Shown: piece after piece, positions 18,812 through 28,819 of the stretch
How positions within the stretch are numbered: the first letter of the stretch is position 1
Layout of the letters: each line of letters begins with the position of its first letter
Assembly (NCBI GenBank): GCA_965222375.1
Contig: CBDCTZ010000016.1
Coordinates: 544,001 to 608,000, forward strand
Reading direction: 5' to 3'
DNA from: Polyangiaceae bacterium
GTDB taxonomy: Bacteria > Myxococcota_A > Polyangia > Polyangiales > Polyangiaceae
Length of the DNA stretch: 64,000 nt
Notes under the pieces: generated by a model
Databases searched by the model: none
What the model was told of the DNA's origin: nothing
What the model saw: the letters and a program-made list of their open reading frames with translations, nothing else
Program-made: the position numbers and the translations under genes

Positions 18812-19786
18812 CTACGCACTGGATTCCAACCCGTACAACTGGCGGCGTAGCAGCTCGAAGTTGGGCGAACGCTCCGGTGGAATTCCGGCGGCTCGAAGCA
18901 TACGCGGCAACGAAGAGTAGCGATGGAGCAACGCGCAACCGAGCAGCCGGCGTCCCTCGTCCTCGTTCAATCGCTGTTCCGCCCAGCCGTAGGCGCGCAA
19001 GCACTCCCGCAAAAGCCCCGGGCCGGATGCGAAGATGAACTCGACCAAAGCTGCGATCTCGTAGTCAGGTTTGCCGCGAATGCCGTCGGCGAAGTCGATC
19101 AGCCCCGACACGCGGCAGACGCCACCGTCGCGACTCACGAAGACGTGGGCGTCCAGCAACTCGGTGTGCAGGCTGACACTTGGGCTGTCCTGCGGATAGA
19201 CGCTAGGCGTGTCGGCCAGAAAACGAGCCATGGCATCCAGCCAGGGCTCCGTCGCTCCTCTTGCTCGCTGGTGACCCATGACTCCGTCGCTCTGGGCGCT
19301 GATGAACTCCGACCAGGCGGGTTCCGCCAGTGCCGGGACGTCCACGGCGTGCAGCTCCGCCATGACCTCGCCCAGTTGGCGCGCAACGTGTACGCACCCG
19401 GCCGGGGGGAGTCCCTTCCACACATCCGCCAAGTGCTCGCCCTCGACGAAGGACGTGATGACGTAGGGCCAACCGTCGTACGCGCCGACGCCGAGGACCT
19501 CCGGCACCGCAATGGACAGTTTACCCGAGACACTCTGGAGGAATGCCGCTTCCGTTTCGATCTGATACGCCCACTCGGGACTAGTCAGCTTGACCACCGC
19601 TCGTCTTCCGAGGCGGTAGACGACGTCGGAACCTCGAGCGCAGGCCGTCGTGCCCTCGGCGGGTATCCGATGTTTTTGGGCGATTGCACGCATCACGATC
19701 GCCCATTGCTCCGGGGACAGTACGTTACGGAGGGGCGCGTCGCTCGCAACGGACGCGGGAAGCGCAGCGTGCTCGATTGGTCCCAC
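18812..19786 (-). CDS. Aminoglycoside phosphotransferase / choline kinase family protein
   Basis: GSDVVY, VVKL, VPEVL, LHTELLDAHVFV, GLIDFADG. Confidence 0.85.
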   Translation of the reverse strand: MGPIEHAALPASVASDAPLRNVLSPEQWAIVMRAIAQKHRIPAEGTTACARGSDVVYRLGRRAVVKLTSPEWAYQIETEAAFLQSVSGKLSIAVPEVLGVGAYDGWPYVITSFVEGEHLADVWKGLPPAGCVHVARQLGEVMAELHAVDVPALAEPAWSEFISAQSDGVMGHQRARGATEPWLDAMARFLADTPSVYPQDSPSVSLHTELLDAHVFVSRDGGVCRVSGLIDFADGIRGKPDYEIAALVEFIFASGPGLLRECLRAYGWAEQRLNEDEGRRLLGCALLHRYSSLPRMLRAAGIPPERSPNFELLRRQLYGLESSA

Positions 19787-19814
19787 GGGAATCCTGTGGT
19801 CGAGGAGCGCCGCG

Positions 19815-22697
19815 CTACTCCGCAGAGACCGCGAGCTCAGCCTTGGAATCTGCGTTGTGCGTTGCCTTTGGTGGCTTGCGATGGCGCGTCAAGTCCATGG
19901 GTGCGTGACCGCCTGCCACGAGCGCGGTGCGCACCGCGACGTGAGGCAAATCCGCATCGAATACGGCACGCACTATCTCAGTGATCTTCGCGGCCCCCGT
20001 AGGCTCCATGGTCACTTCGACGGATATGGGCAGGACGTCGCCCACGACGCCGGCGCGCTCCAGTGCCACCTCGGCTTCCGCGATGCCCGTTTCTAGGGTC
20101 TGCACGTAGTGCCGCACGTTCACGTTCTTGCCGATGCCCTTGATGGTACGACGCACCACGACTTCGTCTTGTGCCAGGAACGCGTCGATGCATCCCTGAA
20201 CGCCTTGTAGCCCGCTCAAGTCGGCCAAGGACCCGCTAGATAGCGCGATCACGTAGCGCGCGCCCGTCAAGATGCGTGCGATGCCGGGATCCACGTCCCC
20301 CAGCCTGGTTGCGGCAGTGAAGCGCAGACCCCCAGCTGCTGCGGCATTCATCTCCGCCAGAAGCTCTTCCGCCGGCGGCGCATCGAGCAGTTTCACATCC
20401 AGGTGTTCGTCCAGGCTCGCGACCCCCAGCGACAGCGCGGGCCCAAAGGTCATGGCCGGCTTCGGGTGGAAGCCCTTGGTGTACGCCGTGCGCGCACCAG
20501 CGCGACGCAGCACCCGTGGCAGCTCCCGGATCAGATCGAGATGGCCGAGCAGCGCAGCCGGCCCGACCTTTTCGAAGCTGAAGCGCCAGCGCTCTTCTTC
20601 GCCGACGCGGACGGGGCGGAAGTCTTCGGGGCGGGATTTCTCTTGTTTGCCGGACGCGGGCGGCGCCGCGGATGGCTGTGCTGCGCCAGCGCTCTCATCC
20701 TCGTGCATCGTGGTCTCTGCCGCGGGCGGCTCTGGCGCCGGCTTCTTCGTCGCACCCATCGTGCGCAAGAATACGATGCGCTCATCGCGCATTTGCGTCA
20801 GATCGCAGGCGACGCCGCAGTCGTAACAAACCAACTTGCGCTGGTCGGCCTCTGCGTCAGGCAGATTCGTGTGGTGAACGAACATGCCCTTCGGTTTGCC
20901 GCAGGGTGGCGAGAGGCGGTCCTTGAGGGCACGGCGGTGCTCCCGTGCCAGAAAGCCCTCTTCGAGGCCCACGTTGATGTGGTCCCAGGGCAAACGCGCG
21001 GTCACGGGAATCGTGCCCAGGTACTTGCTCGTCTTGATCCCAAAGTGGTCGAAAGCGGCCTGCCAAACGTTCGTCTTCAGGTGCTCTTGCCACGTATCGA
21101 ATCGAGCGCCGTTTTGGAAAGCGTGTTCGACGGCATCCGCCACGCGGCGGTCCCCCCGTGCCAGGATGGCCTCCAGCACGCTCGACTCGGAGTGGTGCAT
21201 ACGCAGGGTCATGCGCTTCACGCCGTAGGTTTCGTCGCGCAAGAGCTGCTGCTTGTGCAGGATCTGCTTCGGCGTGTCCATGGCGCACCACTGAAACGGC
21301 GTGTGCGGCTTGGGCACGTGCACGCTCACACTCACGGTGACCTTGGGACGCTTGCCGATGCGCTTGCCAACCTCTAGCGCGTTCTTTCCGACGTTGACGA
21401 TGCCAAGCACATCCTCATCGGTCTCCGTTGGCAGCCCGCAGATGAAGTACAGCTTCATCTTGTCGAAACCGCGCGCGAACACACGCTCGGCGGTCTCCAT
21501 CAGCTGCTCTTCGGTGACGTTCTTGTTGATCACGTCTCGCAGGCGCTGAGTGCCTGCTTCTGGCGCGAAGGTCAGGCCGCTCGCGCGCACTTTGCGCATG
21601 TCATCCAGAAGGTCTTCCCCCAAGCCGTAGGCGCGGAGAGATGCAACGCCCAAGCTCACTCGCTCCGGAGCCGTGTGTTCCACCAGCTCCTTGATCATCG
21701 GCGAGATGCACGAGACATCCGCTGTCGATAGCGCGGTGAGGCTCACCTCGTCCTGACCGCTCTTCTGCAAAGCCGAGAGCACCGTGTCGACGACTTCGCG
21801 GGGATCCCGCTCCCTCACGGGTCGGTAGATCATGCCGGCTTGGCAAAAACGGCAGCCTTCGGTGCAGCCTCGCGCCACTTCGATGCTCATGCGGTCGAAG
21901 ATGGCTTCCGGCCCGCCCACGGGACCGTCATCCGGGAAGGGGTACTTCGAAATATCCTCGACCAGCGCTCGCTCGATGGGAAAGGGCACGTTGAACGGGG
22001 CACCATCGTCATCCAACGCAGGTCCCGAGACCACCTCGAGCCCTGTCTCGGAGTCGACCTCCGCGGCGTAGAATGCGGGCACGTACACACCCGGCATTTG
22101 CGCGAGTTCGAGCAGAAGCTCGTGCCGGGGCTTGCCGGCGCGTTTCCCACGCACCCAGCAAAGGGCTATCTCTGTCGCGGCTTCCTCGCCATCGCCGATC
22201 AGCACCGCGTCCAGAAACGGGGAGAACGGCTCGACGTGGGTTGCTACCGGGCCGCCGGCGATGATCAACGGGTCGTCGTCGGAGCGGTGCTGGGCGCGCA
22301 GCGGAATGCCCGAGAGCTGAAGCATGTTCAGGATCGTCGTGTAGGTGAGCTCGTACTGCAGCGAGAATCCCACGACGTCGAAGTCACACAGAGGGCGTCC
22401 GCTCTCCAGGCTGCACAGTAGTTTGCTGTGCTCGGTCAGCTTGTCTTCGAGATCGATCCACGGCGCGTAAGCACGCTCCGCAAGCGTGTCCGGATTGTCA
22501 TTCAAGATCTTGTACAGGATGCGGTAGCCCAGGTGGCTCATCCCGATGTCGTAGATCTCCGGAAAGGCCAGGCACACGCGTGCCTCCACGGCGCTCCAAT
22601 CCTTGCGTCGCACGCCATGTTCCGCGCCGGTGTAGCGGTTCGGCTTCGCAACCTGATGCAGGAACTTGCCGTAAGGATGATCGAACAGCTGGGTCAT
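19815..22697 (-). CDS. TIGR03960-type radical SAM protein fused to TIGR03936/DUF2344 domain
   Basis: KPNRYTG, YDIGMSHLG, RGCTEGCRFC (CxxxCxxC), TFAPEAG, PKPHTPFQW; C-domain LGHLDL..YTKGFHPKP..FGPALSLG; start ATG 22697. Confidence 0.93.
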   Translation of the reverse strand: MTQLFDHPYGKFLHQVAKPNRYTGAEHGVRRKDWSAVEARVCLAFPEIYDIGMSHLGYRILYKILNDNPDTLAERAYAPWIDLEDKLTEHSKLLCSLESGRPLCDFDVVGFSLQYELTYTTILNMLQLSGIPLRAQHRSDDDPLIIAGGPVATHVEPFSPFLDAVLIGDGEEAATEIALCWVRGKRAGKPRHELLLELAQMPGVYVPAFYAAEVDSETGLEVVSGPALDDDGAPFNVPFPIERALVEDISKYPFPDDGPVGGPEAIFDRMSIEVARGCTEGCRFCQAGMIYRPVRERDPREVVDTVLSALQKSGQDEVSLTALSTADVSCISPMIKELVEHTAPERVSLGVASLRAYGLGEDLLDDMRKVRASGLTFAPEAGTQRLRDVINKNVTEEQLMETAERVFARGFDKMKLYFICGLPTETDEDVLGIVNVGKNALEVGKRIGKRPKVTVSVSVHVPKPHTPFQWCAMDTPKQILHKQQLLRDETYGVKRMTLRMHHSESSVLEAILARGDRRVADAVEHAFQNGARFDTWQEHLKTNVWQAAFDHFGIKTSKYLGTIPVTARLPWDHINVGLEEGFLAREHRRALKDRLSPPCGKPKGMFVHHTNLPDAEADQRKLVCYDCGVACDLTQMRDERIVFLRTMGATKKPAPEPPAAETTMHEDESAGAAQPSAAPPASGKQEKSRPEDFRPVRVGEEERWRFSFEKVGPAALLGHLDLIRELPRVLRRAGARTAYTKGFHPKPAMTFGPALSLGVASLDEHLDVKLLDAPPAEELLAEMNAAAAGGLRFTAATRLGDVDPGIARILTGARYVIALSSGSLADLSGLQGVQGCIDAFLAQDEVVVRRTIKGIGKNVNVRHYVQTLETGIAEAEVALERAGVVGDVLPISVEVTMEPTGAAKITEIVRAVFDADLPHVAVRTALVAGGHAPMDLTRHRKPPKATHNADSKAELAVSAE

Positions 22698-23115
22698 GAC
22701 GTCTTCTTCGCTCCGCCCTGGCATTCTTGCCGGCATTGGGTGCCCACGGCGGCGGGGCGATGGGAGCCGGAGCGTATAGCGCGTCGTGCACCAGCCCGCA
22801 CAGCGCGGGGTTAGTGAAACCGCAGAAACGGGACACCGCTTCGTTGGACGAAGCGCGTCTACCCAAGCCAAAGACACTGCTTCAAGAGGCTGAAAGCGCA
22901 CTATTTGTGCACTTTTGCCCGGGTTGGAATCTTGAGGGGATTGGGTTGCCCCCCTCGGCCGTCCGCCGCTCGCCAACTCGTCGTCGCTGCCGCGCGCGCC
23001 TGCCTCGTGGCGGGCAGCAACCTCCCCTTCGGCGTCGGCCGTCCGTCCCCCCCAAGCCCTCGGCTCCGCCTCGGTCGGGGGGGAAAGGGGTCACACGGAT
23101 GCGTCGCTGGTGGGC

Positions 23116-23778
23116 TTAGCGTTCGGATTGGGGTCGGTGCAGGAATTCGACACGACGGTTCTTCGCGCGACCCTCCTTGGTTTGATTCGACCCGAGGGGC
23201 TGGGTCATGCCCCGGCTCTCGACCTTCAAGCGTGACTGTTCCACGCCGCGCTTCACTAGTGCCTCATGCACACGCTTTGCCCGAAGGCGCGCGACGTCGT
23301 TCGACTCGGTCGAGTCCGCGTGACCGACGATCGTGAGTTCGAGCTCCGGTAGTTTGAGCAACTCCTGTGCGAGCTTGTCTAGCTCCTTCGAGCTTGCTCC
23401 AGAGACATCGGCAGAGCCCCTCGCAAAGTGGATGAGCACAGTGATCTGAATCGTCGATGGCAGGACAATGCTGAGGCAGGGCGTGGGCGGGCACCCAGCG
23501 TGCGAGGTATCTTCCGAGTCGACGCCTGCTACCTCCGGGCATGCGTCGCGTTCATCCGCAACTCCGTCTCCATCGCTGTCTCGAGACTCTGCGGATTGTC
23601 GTCCAGCCGTGTCGCTCGCCGGGAGCGGAGGATCATTGCGCGTAGCTTCCGCAGCTGGAGAGCCGGCTGATGCGGGTGGAGCCGTGCCGCACCCACCCGC
23701 TGTCGAGGGCGCCAGGCACGCAAGCGCCGCTGCTAATAGGCGCTGGCGGCGATCGAGAACGACGCTGCGGTCACTCAC
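23116..23778 (-). CDS. OmpA-family peptidoglycan-binding lipoprotein with a TSP3-like Ca-binding repeat
   Basis: DSDGDGVADERDACP; IVGHAD; RAKRV; GRAKNRRVEF. Confidence 0.88.
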   Translation of the reverse strand: MSDRSVVLDRRQRLLAAALACLAPSTAGGCGTAPPASAGSPAAEATRNDPPLPASDTAGRQSAESRDSDGDGVADERDACPEVAGVDSEDTSHAGCPPTPCLSIVLPSTIQITVLIHFARGSADVSGASSKELDKLAQELLKLPELELTIVGHADSTESNDVARLRAKRVHEALVKRGVEQSRLKVESRGMTQPLGSNQTKEGRAKNRRVEFLHRPQSER

Positions 23779-23905
23779 CGCAGGTTCGTAGCACGTGGCG
23801 ATGCATGAGGTTGGTCACCTCGCGCAGCGCCGCTTTGGGCGCGTTCGGAGCGTTTGGTGCCCAGATCTCCTCTTGCAAGCCTATTGAGCTACAATGGTGG
23901 CTCTC

Positions 23906-24931
23906 ATGCGGGTGCTGTTCTTGCTTGCCCTGCCGTTGGCCGTGTCCTGCACGGCATTCGACGGTGCGGACGCGTTCATCGACGAGGACGTGGACGGCTC
24001 GGCTGCAGGAGGCGCGGGCAAGGACGGTGGCATCAGCGGCGGTGGTTTCCCGGGCACGGGAGGCGCGACTGGTTCCGGTGGCGGCGGGAATGGCGGTACG
24101 AGCGCGGCTGGCGGCACAGCAGGCACAGGCGCGACGCCAAACACCGGCGGCACGGGCAACTTCGGGGGTCAACCGCCGACCTGCACGGGGCCCGCGGATT
24201 GTACCGATGGCAATCCCTGCACCATCAACGACTGCGTCAGTGGCAAGTGTCAAAACAGCTTCGTCAAGAGCGGTGAAGACTGCGGAAACAACACGGTGTG
24301 CGATGGCGTGGAGACATGCGACGGCGCTGGTGTTTGCAAGCAAGGGACGCCGCCTCAAATCAATGATGGCAATGCCTGCACCGCGGATAGCTGCGATCCG
24401 GTCACCGGAGTCAAGCACACGCCCGCGAACGTCAACGACAACGACGCCTGTACCACGGACAGCTGCAACCCGACCACGGGTGCGATCACCCACACACCCG
24501 TGAACATCGACGATGGGAACGATTGCACGGTTGACAGCTGCACTCCAAGTGGTGGCGTGAAGCACGTCACCATCAAGAGCACGACTCAATGCGGCTCGAG
24601 CTGCCCGTCAGGCTTTCACGTCACAGGCTACTCGACGAACTTCAGTTGCGGCTCCGGCACCAAGAACCAGGCCAACTGCTCTCCCGACTGCGGTTCGAGC
24701 TTCAACAAGTGCGGCATCGGCTGCCCCAGCGGCTACCACACGACTGGTTACTCCACGAACTTCGCCTGTAGCTCCAGCACCAAGAATCAAGCGACCTGCA
24801 AGAAGAACGAAGGCTCCAGCTTCAATACCTGCGACTTCAGCTGTCCCTCGGGCTACGTGAAAACAGGCACGTCTACCAACTTTGCCTGTGGGTCCAACCT
24901 CAACAATCAATCGACCTGCAAGAAGGTTTGA
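23906..24931 (+). CDS. Cys-rich repeat lipoprotein
   Basis: LAVSC lipobox; DxNxCTxDxC repeats (Dictyostelium-type); three CPSGxxxTGxSTNFxC repeats. Confidence 0.87.
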   Translation: MRVLFLLALPLAVSCTAFDGADAFIDEDVDGSAAGGAGKDGGISGGGFPGTGGATGSGGGGNGGTSAAGGTAGTGATPNTGGTGNFGGQPPTCTGPADCTDGNPCTINDCVSGKCQNSFVKSGEDCGNNTVCDGVETCDGAGVCKQGTPPQINDGNACTADSCDPVTGVKHTPANVNDNDACTTDSCNPTTGAITHTPVNIDDGNDCTVDSCTPSGGVKHVTIKSTTQCGSSCPSGFHVTGYSTNFSCGSGTKNQANCSPDCGSSFNKCGIGCPSGYHTTGYSTNFACSSSTKNQATCKKNEGSSFNTCDFSCPSGYVKTGTSTNFACGSNLNNQSTCKKV

Positions 24932-24970
24932 GCGCCGCCTGCACAGCGCGACGCTGCGACGGCGCGACAG

Positions 24971-26373
24971 TCACTTGGGCAGTGTGGTTCCCGCGTTTCC
25001 TAGAGTGAAAAGCTCGGTGACCTGCGTGGATGAAAGTGCGACGTCGTAGAGCACCACTTCGTCGACGGTTCCGAGGAAACTTCCCGATAGCGTTGCGCCG
25101 CTGCCGCCGATCCAAGCGTCGCCGGTGTCGGCAGTGAGCGGTGTGGCTTTCGCGGCTGAGGCGGCAGGCGCGCCATCGATGTACAAGTTGATGGTCGCCC
25201 CATCCCAGGTGCCGACGAGGTGGTGCCAAGTGCCCGCGGAGAAGGTGACCCCCATCTGTTTGGCGTTCTTGTCGCCAATGATCGCTCGGAAGCCCTGGGA
25301 TGCGCCGGAAACCAGGGCGTAGCCCGTTCCGCTGCTCTGCTTGTCGAAGAAGGGCACAATTCCAGACGCAGCACCACTCAAGGTCCCGGTGGGTCGCGCC
25401 CAAAGGGCGATGCTCAAGGCGGCCGTGGGATTGAGCGCCAAGGTGTTCGGGACTTTGACGCCGTCGGCGGCGTCCACGAATTGCAGACCGCCTCCCACCT
25501 TGCCGCCAACCGGCACCGAGCCGCTCACGTTGATACCGCCGCTGCCGCCGGAGACATCCGTGACCGTCGCGTCCGGGTTGTCGTCCATGGCCCAGTGCGC
25601 CGTGGGTTTCGCAGGCTGCGCAGGAGGCCGTCACGGCTTGCGGCACGTTGGCGGCAGCGAAGAGTGCGTCGACATCAGCTTGAACCAGCCCCTGCTTGAA
25701 AAAGGAAAGCTCGTCAATGGATCCGACGAAGGGGCCTTGGGTGGTGTTCAGTTGGCCGACGTAGAGCGGCTTGGACGATATGGCGATGGAGCCCGGACCG
25801 GAACGCCGCCGGAGCCTGATGTTCCGCCAGCGCCCGCGGCGCCTCCGCCGGCTCCCGCGCTGCCGCCGGACCCGCTGCTGCCCGCAGTGCCGCCAGTGCC
25901 TCCGCCACCGCTTCCGCTCGTCGCGCCGGTTCCTGCTGCACCGCCGCTGCCACTAGTACCGCCCGCACCTCCCGTGGCGTCTTCGCAAAATGTGCCGACG
26001 CAGATCTGCTGCGCCAAGCAATCCGGCTGGGTCGAACAGAAGTGCCGGCACGTGCACTGCGCGCTACACACCTGTTTGCCGCGACAGCTCTGCCCCGTGC
26101 CGCATTGGATCTCGTTTTCCAGCTGACACACACCCCGCCCGTCTTCCCACTTTCACACACAGGGCGGGAGGGGTGCAGTCGCGCTCCGAGTTTTCGCACT
26201 CGACATGGCAACGCCCGAATGCGCACACCAGCGGGCTCGCGCAATCGGAGTTGATGCTGCAGCCTTGGCCGAGGTTCGCCAGCTTCTCGCGTTCGTCACT
26301 GGAGTCCGAGCCACAGGCCCAGGCGAAGATTCCCAACAAGGAACACGGCAAAAAACAGTCTCGACCAACGCAT
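24971..26373 (-). pseudogene. Frameshifted Cys-rich / LamG-domain lipoprotein
   Basis: Joins across about four frameshifts: MRWSRLF...GIFAWAC-G, GCSINSDC Cys domain, Gly linker, partial LamG (PLYVG...GSIDEL), full LamG (WHHLVGTWDG..LYIDG..GTVDEV). Confidence 0.75.
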
Positions 26374-26437
26374 CGCGCCTCCGGGCTGGAGTTTGCCACG
26401 CACTGCCCGGTCAGGTCACCGGTGCGGGGCAGCCTCG

Positions 26438-26995
26438 CTACTTCTTTGGCTTCTTGAGGCTGAGAGTCATCGGCACCGCCACGATTACGGGCGCCGAACT
26501 TGGTTTCGAGAAGAAGGCACCTTTGGACTTCTTTTCGATGCACTTGCCGAGGGACTCTGGCAACGTGCCGTCTAGCGCAACCGCTACGCTCGTCGTCTTG
26601 CCAGCGTCGTCGATGGTCAGTGTTGCGCCAGCTCGACCGGCGATCTTCGGATCGATGCGCAAGGCGGCCTTGAAACACTCGCGCGCCTTGGCGCGAACGA
26701 AGACGGAAACCTTCTCGCCATCCTTGAAGGCGCCTTCGGGACTGACGGTCAGCGTGTCTGGAATGGCGCTGGGGCTGATGGGCTTGTTGTCGGCCTTGGT
26801 GCCGCCATCTGCGAGTGGAGTGTCCGTGTCAGCCGCTCCAGCGTCCGTGTAAGCTGGCGGATAGTAAACGGGCGAAATCGGTGGCGTGTAGGTCGCCGTG
26901 GGTTTGGGTTTGGGTGCTGGCTTGTTCGCAGACGCGGGTTGTTGACGGCTGCAACCAATCGCTAGGACTACCAGGCTCAGAGGGAGAGTCTTCAC
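26438..26995 (-). CDS. Lipoprotein with AgmX/TonB-C-like C-terminal domain
   Basis: GTG start, VVLAIGC lipobox; RECFKAALRIDPKIAG...LGKCI...FSKP. Confidence 0.75.
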   Translation of the reverse strand: MKTLPLSLVVLAIGCSRQQPASANKPAPKPKPTATYTPPISPVYYPPAYTDAGAADTDTPLADGGTKADNKPISPSAIPDTLTVSPEGAFKDGEKVSVFVRAKARECFKAALRIDPKIAGRAGATLTIDDAGKTTSVAVALDGTLPESLGKCIEKKSKGAFFSKPSSAPVIVAVPMTLSLKKPKK

Positions 26996-27020
26996 GGGCC
27001 GGAGTCTACTCGGGAACTGG

Positions 27021-27136
27021 CGCTCCGATCTGACGATTCGACCCAGTGCGGAGGAGCACTTGCCAGCCTGGCAACTCGCGCTCCGATCTGACGATTCGAC
27101 CCAGTGCGGAGGAGCACTTGCCAGCCTGGCAACTCG
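27021..27136. repeat. Perfect tandem repeat, 2 x 58 bp, with palindrome TTGCCAG-C-CTGGCAA
   Basis: Units 27021-27078 and 27079-27136 are identical. Confidence 0.92.
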
Positions 27137-27213
27137 CCCGGGCAACCGAGCTAGATCTGCGCGGGATTCCAAACAGGCCAGTCCAGGCATTGGGCTTGCA
27201 AAGGCGGACGGCC

Positions 27214-28638
27214 ATGTCCGGAAGCGAGCCTTCGAATGAGCAACCCACAACGCAACGACCACACGATATGCCCGGCAGCGATTCGTGGTCCAACCAACCG
27301 GACTCGAGCGACTCGGACGCTTTCTGGCGCCGGCTGCTGCACCGCTGGTTGGTGCAATACAATCCAATCTACTTGCTGAGTGCGGCGCTCGTGCTCGGCG
27401 GCATGACGCTGCTCTCGCGGGGTTTCGCCGGAAAGGGATCGCTGTACGGTGAATTGGGCGTTGCGGCGATCGCGGAGGTGTATGCCTTCGCGCTCATTGG
27501 GGGTGCCGCGCTCCTGACCCGCATTCAACTGCGACGTCCCGGCGTGATGCTGGCTCTGCTCGCAGTGTTGTACCAATGCGACTTGACGCTTCAAACCGAG
27601 ACATGCGCATATCTGGGCAGCGTCGGCGTTCTGGCCAGTGCGGGCTGGGCAATCGTGTTTGGATTGAAGCTGCGTGCGTTGGCCTGGGCGGTGCGGCTAC
27701 GCCTATCGCGCAGTGCGTTTGGCGTTCCCGTGTTTGGCGCCTTGGGGGTGGCCGTAATCCCACATCTGATGGCTCATGCAGACGCTCAGACCTCTGGCAG
27801 CGTCATCACCATCTGGGGCTTTGTGCTCGCAGTCTCCGCGCTGTGGAGTGCCCGAGAAGTGACGAGCGTCGTGAACTTGGACGCTTGGAGCCGAACGGTG
27901 ATGCGACGGGCGTTGCGCGCCACGTGGATCATCTGGGCGGTGCTCCTGCTTTTCCACGTGGGATTCTGGCAGAAGGAGGCTGCTCTAGCGTTGCCTTTGG
28001 CACTGCCGATGGCCGCGCTGCTATCGACGCGGTGGATCCGGCGTGAGGGGACAATCTGGCTCATTGTCGGCGTGACCATGTTGGTGACGGCAACGGCTGC
28101 GCCGGAATCCTTCTCGCTCTTCGCTTGTATGGTAGCCATCGTGCTTGGCCTCAGGGCGCTGCGTCAGCCAGTGGCGCAGCGGATTGCGAAGACCAAGTAC
28201 CATCACGCTGGCCCCTACCGTACGCCCGCCGATGAGGATGCTCCTCAACCCTGCCAGATTCGGCACGCCTTCACTCGAGCCGGGCCCGCTACCTTGGTGC
28301 GCTTGTTATCCGGAACTGTGTTCGCGCTGTACCTGTCGGTATGGACCATTGGCTGGTCCGGTGGAGCGTGGCCAGCGCATCTGCTGGCACTGGATGCACT
28401 GCTCACCGTCGCCGTCGCGCTGCTCGTTTGGAAAGCCGGTGCACGATTGATCTTGGTGCCCCTGGGCGTGACCTACTTCCACTTCGCGGTGCAGGCGCAG
28501 CTGGTTTCCGCGCCGACCACTGCGTTGGGGTGGGGTGCCGCATGTGTGGGCCTGGGGTTCGCCTTGCTGGCAGCGTCACTCGTCGGGAGCGTCTTGTTGC
28601 GCCGGCTCGAAGGCCGCGAGGCGACTGCTCCGCCCTGA
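27214..28638 (+). CDS. Multi-pass membrane protein of unknown function
   Basis: YNPIYLLSAALVLGG; more than ten hydrophobic segments. Confidence 0.85.
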   Translation: MSGSEPSNEQPTTQRPHDMPGSDSWSNQPDSSDSDAFWRRLLHRWLVQYNPIYLLSAALVLGGMTLLSRGFAGKGSLYGELGVAAIAEVYAFALIGGAALLTRIQLRRPGVMLALLAVLYQCDLTLQTETCAYLGSVGVLASAGWAIVFGLKLRALAWAVRLRLSRSAFGVPVFGALGVAVIPHLMAHADAQTSGSVITIWGFVLAVSALWSAREVTSVVNLDAWSRTVMRRALRATWIIWAVLLLFHVGFWQKEAALALPLALPMAALLSTRWIRREGTIWLIVGVTMLVTATAAPESFSLFACMVAIVLGLRALRQPVAQRIAKTKYHHAGPYRTPADEDAPQPCQIRHAFTRAGPATLVRLLSGTVFALYLSVWTIGWSGGAWPAHLLALDALLTVAVALLVWKAGARLILVPLGVTYFHFAVQAQLVSAPTTALGWGAACVGLGFALLAASLVGSVLLRRLEGREATAPP

Positions 28639-28819
28639 GCGAGAGCAGCGACTCAAGGACCCCCGGTGCGGTGATGCGAAACTCGGCTTGGATTGCTCGC
28701 CTTGCTGGCGCGCGGGAGTAGTGCCCCGTTGCGGATAGGGATCCGACCCCAAAACAACCAAGTCCAAGCGGCGAGCCAGCGGCTTGCTCGGGGCCCGATC
28801 CAACGCCAGACTCCGAGCC

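Noticed and set aside
22698..23115. Cobalamin riboswitch upstream of the radical SAM gene
   Set aside because: No recognisable B12-box or conserved core motifs on the minus strand.
23116..24931. traAB kin-recognition locus
   Set aside because: The genes are divergent, the OmpA protein has no beta-barrel, and the Cys-rich protein lacks PA14 and MYXO-CTERM.
27021..27136. CRISPR array
   Set aside because: Only two contiguous identical units, with no spacers and no cas genes.
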